A DNA stretch of 23,082 nt from Patellaria atrata CBS 101060 (lineage: Eukaryota), in NCBI GenBank assembly GCA_010093705.1, contig MU006115.1, positions 124,001 through 147,082 on the forward strand, written 5' to 3'. Each line of letters opens with the position of its first letter. The first letter of the stretch is position 1. Shown here piece after piece: positions 1-10,019 of the stretch. The position numbers and the translations under genes were made by a program. Below the pieces are notes generated by a model that was not told the origin of the DNA, did no database searches, and saw only the letters and a list, made by a program, of their open reading frames with translations.

Positions 1-2778
1 GCAATCATGAAAAGAGCTCTACAGATCCTAGTAGCATTCTGAGCAACATATGCTGTATCGGACACGAGAGTGAAATCATCTACCCTCGCTCGTGAGATAT
101 ATGATTGTAATAAAACATTCGTTTTTGCGTGCGGTGTCCCTAATCCACCTTTGACCTCGCATGGTGCGTACTCTTTAAGATTGGATAGTTCCTGTTGCTC
201 ACTGTCCCTCGACTGAATGTTGTCAAATTCTCCGCTCATGCTTATCATGGTAAGAACATCTGCTTCCGTGGAACGAGGGCGCATCATGGTATTGAATATC
301 TCAATGCTAGTCTGCAGGACATAATATTGGCTGGCAATACGACCCACATCTTTCGATCTCAGCTCCTCCGTCGTTTCGTTGAAAATGATCATCTGACTCT
401 GCTGAAGTATCCTTGCGGCATCAATGACGAGTTTTCTCCGTCTCTGAATTAGATGTGGGTCGTCACGAATCTCAGCCCAATCGATACCATAAGCCATGGG
501 ATTACGCTGCATCCGTACAAAGAGATATGAGTAACCAAGCCAGGTCACGGCCTCGGACACGGTTGTGACGGTTCCCAGACCAATCTCCGCGTTCAAATTG
601 TCAACCATCTTCTTAGAAAAGTTGGACTCAATTGGCTGTTGCTGAGTTACAGCGTCAAGATAATGCTGAAGCTTGTCCTGCGTGGTACAGATGAAGCCGA
701 TACCAGTATCCTGGAACTGAGGCCTTCCAGCACGACCGAATATCTGAAGAACGTCTAAGATGCCCACATCAACGAATTTTCCTGCTTCTGCGCTATACAA
801 TTGCGTTCCTTTGATAAGAACTGCAGCAGCTGGTAAATTTACACCCCAAGCAAGAGTAGCTGTACAGCAGAGGACTTTGATAACTCCTTCGGTAAAGAGA
901 CGTTCTGTCATGTTTCGATCTGTTCTAGGCATTCCCGCATGGTGTGTGCCCATGCCTTTTGTTAATAATTCCCTAAGCTCTTTACCCCTGGAAGTTTTAG
1001 CGTCCCTGACGGCTTGTTCATACCTTGGATGTCCGCTTGGTTCAAACAAATCCGTACAAGCTTCTTCCTGGGCTTTGTCGAAAAGTGTTCTTGCACTCTT
1101 TACGGTATCCTTTCGAGAGTGGACGAAGACCATGACTTGGTGGTCCCGCTCTAACATTTCCCTGACCTTGAGGAAGGCTGCGTATTCAAGATTTTCCTTC
1201 GACTGCTTAGATCCAGCTTTTCCTTTGACACCAATAAAATGTTGCTCTAGTGGGACTGGCCTAAACGATGCATCGAAGTAGAACAGTCCAGCCATACGGT
1301 TCACTTTCAAAAAGTCCGATACGTCCACGAAGTTGGGTAGGGTGGCGGATAAGCCTATTATACGAATGAGAGACTGTGTACTTTCTACCTGTCTCTCTGT
1401 TCGTGCTACTAGAGACTCTAATACCGCACCTCGCTCGTCATGGAGCATATGGACTTCATCAATGATGAGAAGGCGCACTTTTTGAACCAGTTCAGTATCT
1501 CCCGTGCTCTTTCGTGTAACAACATCCCATTTCTCTGGCGTCGTTACAATAATCTGTGTCTGAACTATCTCTGCTTTGGTAAGATGCATATCCCCAGTCA
1601 ATTCGCGAACCTGAATACCCAACCACGCAAGTCGCTTTCCCATTTTTTCTGTAATCTCAGCCGCTAGGGCTTTCATCGGTGCTACATAGACAATCTTGAA
1701 ATCTTCTTTCATGACAACGAACTCGTTCGCATTTGGTTCGTCTATAGGATCTGGGGCTATGTTCTTTGCAATCGTGTTCAGTATAGTCAGCAAGGCTACA
1801 TCGGTCTTACCAGCACCAGTAGGAGCGCAAACCAGCATATTCTCGCTGGTTTTATAAGCCACCGGATATACAAGACTTTGCATACGATTTAGGGTCTTGT
1901 AAGCCTTGAAGGTTCTCTTGCAAAGACCATCAAGATCACTAATCTCTACTAATTTCTGGCCTGTCCCGAGGACCCCAACTTTAGACGCAGGGATGGAGTA
2001 TTCTTCGTACTCCTTGAAGTCTTCGTGTTGACTACCTACCGGCAACGCATATCTCTTGCCATGAGCGGATAACTTATTGCCAGCGTCATATGTCCGATAG
2101 ACATGCGGGTACTGCGGACCACCTCGGTCCATGCTAGGAGCTATACTTGCATTCTTATGCTCATAGTCCTGACGTCGTAGTGCTTCCTCCCTCTCTTGTT
2201 TGGAGAGGAGATGTCCAACGACTCCATCCAGTTGACCACCTTGGACCGGGGGTTTTAGTACAGTCTGTCTATTGCGAATGACGTCTCCGACGAGGTCCAG
2301 TTCCTCGTAGCCTAAGATATCTGCAAGCATCATCTGAAGCTCGTCATCTGTATAGGTTAGCTATATACTCGCCCCCCCGGGAAATGGACATACCACTACT
2401 ATCTGAAGCGATTACGGCAATTATTTGTTCTTCCAGAGCCCGAGAGTCCAGTCCGGAACCCCGATTTGATACTTCAAGGCATCTATTACCCAACCATTGC
2501 CGATCATATCTATTAGCCTCTACAGACGGTTGAGCACCGTTTATGTCCGATATCTCCAGTTGATCACTGGAGTATTCATCATCCCATTCGTTGCTGATAA
2601 GATCCCATATATCATCGCCACTGGAAGCTCCGGAGAGCTCATCGTCGTCAAGGACTATGTCCTGACCGTACGGAGTCGTACCATTTTCTTGAGGTAAGTT
2701 CAACTCAGCGAGCGCTGCTCGCATGGAAGCCAGTTGTTCCAACCATTGTGACTGCGCCGTCTCAAGTGACGGTGACAT
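1..2778 (-). CDS. SLH1: Ski2-like DExH-box helicase of the Slh1/Mug81/ASCC3 (RQT) family; 5' portion only, continues beyond the left edge
   Basis: Exon 1 is 2778-2394. The intron is 2393-2348 (GTATGT...GCTAAC...TACAG, 46 nt). Exon 2 runs 2347-1 and stays open to the edge. The translation shows Walker A NMLVCAPTGAGKT (~1803-1840), LLIIDEVHMLHDERG (DEVH at 1460-1449), GLSATLPN, GRAGRPQFQDTG and a Sec63-type segment KTNVLLQSYISRARVDDFTLVSDTAYVAQNATRICRALF near the edge. The N-terminus (QWLEQLASMRAALAEL; YPHVY...GKRYALPVG) fits fungal Slh1/Mug81 better than Brr2 or Mer3. Confidence 0.9.
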
Positions 2779-3231
2779 TGTTTGATGTATGGGGAGAAAA
2801 ACTGCTGGAGAAAGGTCACATAGAATAAAAAGAGATTACTAGAATGTAGGATTGCCTTCTCTTGTAACTCCGTCTCCAAACAGTCAAGTATCTACAGAGA
2901 AGAAAAATATACAACACCGCGAAGGAGAGAGGTGTATTAGCAACGCGGTGTCCTAAAGAAGCCCATATAATTCTTTATCGATAACAACGGCAGACCATAA
3001 AGCCACATTTCCCGTCACTGAGACATCGTGCTGGCCAACGCCATCATCACAGCCACCGCCTTTGATCGTGACCTTTGTACAGTACCTTTCAACCTGAACT
3101 CCCCTCCACCTCGAGTACCTACAGCTCAACTTTCCTATTCCTAAGCCTCTCTTAAACTTTGCATTCACCTGCACTGAACCCGCATTATCCATACCTACCG
3201 TCCATCAACTCTCGAAACCCCACCCGTCACC
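2779..3231. promoter_or_regulatory. Compact bidirectional promoter region shared by SLH1 and YKT6
   Basis: There are 453 bp between divergent start codons (2778 on -, 3232 on +). Pyrimidine-rich tracts precede each ATG on its own strand. Confidence 0.6.
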
Positions 3232-4030
3232 ATGAAGATCCTCTACATCGGCGTACGTGTGCCCAAACCCCCTCGAACCTCAAGATATCGGCCATTAACG
3301 TGTTTAGATCCTCAAAAACGAGACCAAACCCGCCGTCGAGCTAGCCTCAGAGCGGGACCTAAGCTCTTACTCCCGCTTCACCCGCACGAGCGTCGGGGAA
3401 TTCATGACGCTCTTCAGCAAGACGGTAGCAGAGCGCACGAAGCCAGGCCAAAGACAGGACATCGAGGAACAATGTACCCCTTTCCTCTCCTCCCTTTTCC
3501 TCTAAACCCCAACCCCCACAAACCCTAACAACACTCCCCAGCCTACACCTTCCACGCCTACGGCCGCACGGAAGGGATCTGCGGCCTCATAATTAGCGAC
3601 CATGAGTACCCCTCGCTGGTCGCGCACCAGCTCCTCTCCAAGATCGTCGACGAGTTCCTGACCAAGAACCCGCGGTCCGCCTGGGCGAACTCGGACTCGC
3701 TCGTCCCCTTCCCCGAGCTCAAGGACTACATCGTCAAGTACCAGGACCCGCAGCAGGCCGACTCGATCATGAAGATCCAGAAGGAGCTAGACGAGACCAA
3801 GATCCTGCTGCACAAGACCATCGAGTCCGTTCTCGAGCGGGGCGAGAAGATCGATAGTCTGGTGCAGAAGAGCGACGGCTTGAGCGCGCAGAGCAAGATG
3901 TTTTATACGCAGGTGAGTTTAAACCCGCCTCATATATGTTTTTGTGAGACTCCAGGTGATTGGGAGTTGTGGCTAATGTCTCACTTTTTTGCAGGCCAAA
4001 AAGCAGAACTCGTGCTGTATTGTGATGTAG
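3232..4030 (+). CDS. YKT6: Longin R-SNARE Ykt6, 197 aa, with C-terminal CCAAX lipidation motif
   Basis: Exons 3232-3252, 3308-3473, 3542-3912 and 3995-4030 total 594 nt, in frame. The protein reads MKILYIGILKNETKPAVELASERDLSSYSRFTR...[69 protein letters not shown]. It has a longin domain, the R-SNARE zero layer (LERGEK) and a CCIVM terminus. Confidence 0.98.
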
Positions 4031-4662
4031 AAGTGGGATGTCGTAATAGATACCGAATTTTGCATGTAGACGAGCAGTTTGACACCCCCTATTTACGTCT
4101 CGACATAACACACACCCCTTGCACGAGCGATTGCACTACGGAGTTAGGGAGCTTGTTTATGAATTTCAGGGGATCGTAGATAATTGAATGACAATTGGCG
4201 AAATACAAATGACCTCCCTCCAACCTTTTGAGTGCATCCAGGAAGTCGACCAGGTACCTGTAAGTTTACGAAAAGGAAGAGAAAAACACCAAATTGAATG
4301 AAACGGGGTATCGAAACGAATCCTAATAGTCATCCTTCCAAAACGCCGACATTGACAACCTAGCTCCTCATATATGCAAAATAAGATGTAAAGAAATCGT
4401 GACACCATCGCTTTGTCTGGCATAAGATTGTGACTGAAGGGGGATTCAATGTACGGAACAGCTGCCGGGTATTGTCGGGTCCCTTCGTTCTGTGAATAGT
4501 CGCTGTCGAGGAATCTGCTCGGTTTGACTTTGACGTAACCAGCGGGCGATGCTGCTGGAATGTACCGAGTACCGTACATCGGAGCACGTACGCGCAATGT
4601 CCGCGAGCGCTAGACCGCCTCCTACAAAAAAAATACAATAACCATAAAGCAATCCCTAGACC

Positions 4663-6421
4663 TCAAGTATCGGTCACGTCCTCTATTGGCATTGCAGGTA
4701 TGATGATGTCGAACGGTTTCCCAGGTACGGGATCACCAATGATACACCTCGTCCTCTCGGCCACATCATGGCTCAAACTCCTATGTTCCATAAAAACATG
4801 ATTCATCAGGGTCTCTGAGTTTCCAAAGATCCCCGTCGTCCTCCCTTCCACGCAGCAGAACATGCATCCATAATTATATTCTTCATGCATAAACTTGCCC
4901 GGCGCGATCGGATAGCCCTTCTTCTTGACGTGCGACTTCGCTAGGAAGATCCATTTGTACTGAATCCCGCAGCTGGCGGTATAGATTTTAGGGTCGACGT
5001 AGTAGGGCTTCTGCCCGAAGGCGGGACCTTGGAAGGTGCATTCTCTACACTTCCAGTAGGACAGGGTACTGTACATTCCGTCTGGGCAATATTGTATGTT
5101 TAGGCCTTTGTGGACTTCTTCTCTCATGCTCCATGAGCCTTTGCAGAACCCCCAGTAGCCATTTTCTTTGGAAGGTCGCCCGATTAATGGTTGGCCACTA
5201 CCCACCATCATTATTGTGCTGTTCCTGAAATCACTGCGGCGCCGTGTGGTAAAAGCCGGGGTTGTTGGAGCACCGTCTGGAGATATTTGAGTGGATGGAT
5301 ATAAAAACGTGGGATTGTGGACCGAAGTTGGTGTATTTGGGAGAGGGGAAATGCTGCCACTGCTCTCGGCAAAACTTGTCCTGGAGGGTACTTTATCGGA
5401 ATAGCTGTCTCTAGTGGAAGTTGAATTCTGTCTACCATGCAGGCCATCGCCTCCAAAGTCTTTATTGTCTATTTGTAAGGATTGAAAATCCCCTAGTAGA
5501 GCATCAGAAAAGTCTCTGTCGTCATGTCGAATGGCGGGAAGGAGCCAATTCAGGTTTGATCGTAAATGCACATGAGCATTGTGATTCAATTCAAACGGAT
5601 TGGCATCGGGTCGGCTGATAGGTTGACGCCTTCTAGACATGATCCTGCTTAAGGTGCTCGTCTTCTCTACGTCAACGGGTATAGTGACCGCCTGGGGCAC
5701 GAAATCGGACGCTACTGTGTGTGCTGTCATGAAGGTTCGTATTGATTCCATGGATGGTTTCCGCGGAACTTCGAGGTTGGTGTGAATGGGCCTTTCGATA
5801 GGACCCGCCATTAAGATACGTTGGCGTAGCTGATCCAAAGTGGTCATCGTATCGTATCTATTTGTGACGGACGCCTCGTGAAGTATTGTGAGATCTAGTA
5901 GCGCGTTTTCGTACTTCACAGCGATCTGAAGACTTCTAATTATTTCGGCTTGCATAACAACCGCTATGTGTAATAAGCGATCCCGGGCATGATCTATTAT
6001 TTGTAAGTTGGTGAGACTCTCCAGTTGAGGAAGACCCATCGCATACCATCTCCAACGCGAAAGCGGTAATCAAGTTCATTGCAGTACGTAGCATTGCGTT
6101 GCTCAATTTGTTGCTCTCCAGTTCTCAATGATTTCTCAAGTAGCTCCTCCTCGACGACCTGCATATTTTTGCTCTTCTTTTTCTTCTGATTTCTCTTCTT
6201 AATGTGCTTGACCAATTCGGCACCGCCATGGAACGCGGAGACGACAGCACTGACAGCTGCAACAACCTGTATAGTACATGGGAAACAAGTCAGCGAATGG
6301 ATCCGAGCTGAACGTAAGCTACCAGAGAGAATTGAAGGGATATGCCTTATAATGTAGGCCGCAATGGAAAGAAAGTGTTGAATCAAGTATGTTCAGTCTT
6401 ACTCACCTCAAGACCGGACAT
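4663..6421 (-). CDS. Uncharacterised 521-aa protein: hydrophobic/helical N-terminal domain (HeLo/SesA-like start), S/P-rich linker, C-terminal Cys/His-rich putative Zn-binding domain
   Basis: Exons are 6421-6407 (MSGLE), 6266-6047 and 5993-4663. Introns are 6406-6267 (GTGAGT...GCTGAC...TACAG) and 6046-5994 (GTATGC...AATAG). The total is 1566 nt in frame. The N-terminus is MSGLEVVAAVSAVVSAFHGGAELVKHIKKR. The C-terminus is YWGFCKGSW...WKCRECTF...YKWIFLAKSHV...YGCMFC...LMNHVFMEH. Confidence 0.85.
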
Positions 6422-7029
6422 CTTGCCTTCTCTTGTCACTGAGCTTGATCTTAGGAGTCACAGCTCTCCAATGTACCTAGTCTCCTACAAGAGAGGATAT
6501 CCCAACAGTTCTCGGAGCAGATTCAGAAAGAGAAAAAGATGAGATGAGGCCGATAAGTTGTAGAGGTCTTGTCTATGCCTCGTGCCGATATGGACCAGGC
6601 CACCACGGCTACACAAAAGCTCAGCCTCCGTAGCTTGGTCTTCTCGGTATCCATAGCCATACATTCCACCATTGCGATGCCGTTTTGGGCGGAGGGGATG
6701 GGCTTTTCGATATTATCGGGGCCAATTAGAGCTTATCACGCTGTGAGGCGCGGGGCAGTTGGTGTAGCTTCGCGAAGACAAGCCTCCCCGGCCGTCGTGT
6801 GTGCCTTGGAGCCGGGTATGCGGGAAGACTTTCGTTTGGGATCAATCCAGACCGGTGGGGATACGTATATGACCGTACAGCACATTTGGTCAAGACAGGA
6901 TGATCTTTGGGAGGTTCAGTTGAGCTGTACAGTACATTACTTGAGACCTAAGGTACCGTCGCTTGATGCTATGATCGGAAGGTATTTGCCCGGCCGGGTC
7001 GGCTACAGTAGAACTATTGCTAACCTGCT

Positions 7030-7048
7030 GGGTTAGGGTCAGGGCTAG
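7030..7048 (+). repeat. Three degenerate telomere-like hexamers (GGGTTA GGGTCA GGGCTA G)
   Basis: Read directly from the sequence. It contains one perfect TTAGGG and two single-mismatch units. Confidence 0.4.
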
Positions 7049-7762
7049 ATAGTCTACAATTAACTACAAGATAACGTACGGAGTACAGCATACCCTTAAT
7101 TCATATATCCAAGTACACAAAGCCAATTTCGTTCCTCGAGCATGGAGTGTTATTAAAGGAAGAGAAACTAGGAACTTTTGAAATAAAACAGGGTGAAGAC
7201 TGTATATACGGACTCGTCCCCTTGGACCTCAGGTAACTATCCTGCATTCTCTAGTCACTTCAAATATCGTCCGTCATTTGCTTACCTAATATCATTCCTT
7301 AACTCGTTTAATAACTTCGGCTTTCGTCTCCACTGTCTTTAAAACTAGAGTTTCCCGTCGGTGTACATTTGGCCCCCAGTGATGACCGATCCTACTACCA
7401 CGCAAGGTCACTAAGAAATGAGGGGTTCCAGCCTATGATCTAATATTCACATTGATAAAGACTATCTGATGATACTTTATGAAACGTATTGATGCAAGCA
7501 TCGATATCATCAATATCACTTAGCCCCTTGACCGTTCATAGCGTCAACGAAGTACGTGGGGCTGACGCCGTCATTCAGAGCATCAACCTTGCAGCCAAAC
7601 ACAACATAAAGGTCGTCAATGTTTCTTAAAATATAATAATAATCTACTGTCAATAATTGTTGATAAACTCCCTCTAGTTTTAGGGTCTAGATCCGTACTA
7701 CGAAATTAAGTTGTGTATAATTTCCTATTGGTGAGTTTCGTTCCTAGTTGAAGATTACTGAT

Positions 7763-9516
7763 ATGGCATATACTCCTCTTAGCGCGAAAGAAAGACAGAT
7801 CAGACTGTTGAGACTTCATCCATCACAACGGGGTACGGAGGATTTGGAATGTGATCTTCAGGCCGTCCCTCTCGATGAAGAAATGTTGAAATATGAAGCC
7901 CTATATCATACGTCTGGGGTGAGAGGGACAATCCATAGTCAGTTAAAATGGACGGCGCATACGTATCAGTCACTGAGAATCTATTCTCAGTTTTGAAGCA
8001 TTTACGCTATACAAATCAAGAATCTGCATTAAGCAATCTGATCTCGGTGAGAGAACCCAACAAGTGTCTCTCATGGCGATGATTTTCAAGAGGGCAAGGA
8101 ATGTGATCGTTTAGCTAGGTGAAGAGTGGGAAGATCATGACCTAGCAGTGGTATGCTTAGAAAAGTTAGGGAGAAATAAACACCTACATGTACTCCCTTC
8201 TAATAACCCTAGCGTTAAGGTCCGCGGAAAGGATCTTAATTCGGCGGAATTACAATACGCGTTGATCCGATTCTTCTCATTGCCGTGGTGGACACGAGTA
8301 TGGACAGTTCAAGAATTTGTTTTAGCCCAATCTATCACGTTTTATAGTGGCCATGCCTTGCTAGATGGAGACTTAGCAGGAGAGTCCGTACGCCATTTTG
8401 CGGCCCATCTGAACACTTGCTGTCAAGAGATGAGATACATCCCGTACAGAATGTGAGCAAAAGAATTCTTTGATTACCCGTTGGTTCTCCATAACATCGT
8501 TTCAATCGCTCAGATTACAGGATTTTGTCCTTCTTAATCATACTATCACTATTCCAAGGACGTCAAGCAAGGGATCTCCGAGATAAAATTTATGGGATGC
8601 TTGGATTGGCCACAGACCAATTGGAGAGGTTAATAGAAGCTGAATGCACAGATTCTGTCGAATGTGTATTCGAGAAAAGTACGCTAGCAGCGATCGTTCG
8701 GACCAGAAAGCTCGAGGTCTTTAGTCATATTCCAAAATATGGACAACAGAACCCCAACCTGCCTTCCTTCATTCCAGATTGGTCCGTATCTGTTACCGAT
8801 ATGGGAAGTCACAGCTACAGGATCAATTGGCTTCTTTGTGTCAATAAATTTAAAGCATCGGGAAATAGCTCTGCTACAATAGTACCAACTGGCCCGAGGA
8901 AGATAGCTCTTAAAGGCAAGGTGTTGGATCGAATTGTTAGAAAAACAACCAAGCTGGCTTCGATTCCGCAAAGGGAGCTTCTCCACGAGATACGCGAGCT
9001 TGCTGGCCTCCAGGGCGGCGATCGTTCCTTATAATGTAATACAACATTATAGAAGGAAACAGCTTTTTGGCTCACGGTTTGCGGAGAGTTGGAAAGATAC
9101 ACTGATCCAAGCCTTAACCAATCATTTTCTCGCCGTCTTTGTGAACACTTCAGCCAAACACGGCTTCAAAAAATGGGAAAAGTGGTTGCCAACCCTGCTC
9201 GCCCGCTCTTTTCGATCAGGAGACCGCTAAAGTGCAATCGGCATTCTTACGTGTCTCTACGCGACGGGAGTTCATCCTGACTGAAAGAGGTTATTTCGAA
9301 TTTGCTCTCGATCAGTGCACGACAGGGGATGTTGTTGTACTCCTTGCTGGTGGTACTGTTCCATATGTTCTACGGCCCGAGTCTACGGGTGAACAGTCGT
9401 TTGTGAAGACCTATAGTCTGCTCGGAGATGCATATGTCCAAGGGGTTATGGACAGTGAAGCTTTTCCGCAAGGTGAGGATAGCAAGCTAGAGTTGGAAAA
9501 TTTCGTTTTGATATAA
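7763..9516 (+). pseudogene. HET-6-like heterokaryon incompatibility (HET domain) pseudogene
   Basis: HET motifs are spread over several frames: MAYTPLSAKERQIRLLRLHP; YEAL/SYVWG (2-nt TA insertion at 7904-7905); VTENLFSVLKHLR; ICIKQSDLGERTQQVSLMAMIFKRARNVIV*LG (the usual LWIDA segment is missing at ~8020, with a frameshift); PWWTRVWTVQEFVLA; ARDLRDKIYGMLGL; LPSFIPDWS; and the HET-6-type C-terminus GDVVVLLAGGTVPYVLR...YSLLGDAYVQGVMDSE. In-frame stops occur at 7936, 8112, 8454, 9032 and 9050. Further frameshifts lie near 8500 and 9170-9200. Confidence 0.9.
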
Positions 9517-10019
9517 TTGATGGATAATAATTGAACGATGAGATATCAAAAGTAGAACTAGCGGTAACACCGAGGATCCGCCGACCTACTAGTACCATAC
9601 AGTAGACTCCGTAGTCAGGACACTCGGTACAGCATCTGAATGATTGTCGAAAGTTTATTTGTTCAATTGGGAATTCCCGATACAATTATCTTGTTTCGAA
9701 CAGTAGAGTTGAAGATGGCTTGACAAAGGAATGTACGACACGCGACAACACCTATAGTGCCTAGCGACAGACGAATAACACAAAAGTCTAAAGGTAAGAT
9801 ATATACAAATGCCACGCAAACTGTAAAGCCGCTGAACCGGAGGGCAACATTACGCTACACATAATTAATGTACTCCGAAATCCAAATGAAGAGCCTCGAT
9901 CCGGCCTGCGGTGAAGATCATACAAGTCGCTGAAACGTTACACGTAGTATCATGCAAAACGCTAATACCCCACCACCAAAACCTAAATAACAGAACAAAC
10001 GCCTATCCGCATGCAAGAT

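Noticed and set aside
195..2697. Plus-strand ORFs 195-452, 760-1281, 1440-1667 and 2497-2697
   Set aside because: They are antisense shadows of the helicase CDS.
4166..4652. Three overlapping minus-strand ORFs and a strong-looking 3' splice site (T-tract TAG at ~4622) after the 521-aa gene stop
   Set aside because: I found no convincing donor or branch point. The region is most simply convergent 3' UTRs, and RNA-seq would be needed.
6569..7036. 155-aa plus-strand ORF
   Set aside because: It has a TTG start and no recognisable motifs, and it lies in the promoter region of the 521-aa gene.
7100..7460. Short protein-like reads and intron-like signals on both strands upstream of the HET pseudogene
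   Set aside because: The reads are too short and stop-interrupted, match no recognisable family, and the two strands give competing interpretations.
7083..9635. 9-bp direct repeat GTACAGCAT (7083-7091 and 9627-9635) flanking the HET pseudogene, resembling a Mutator-type target-site duplication
   Set aside because: There are no terminal inverted repeats inside the two copies. GTACAG-like words are generally enriched in these spacers (another GTACAGCA lies near 6875), so chance is likely.
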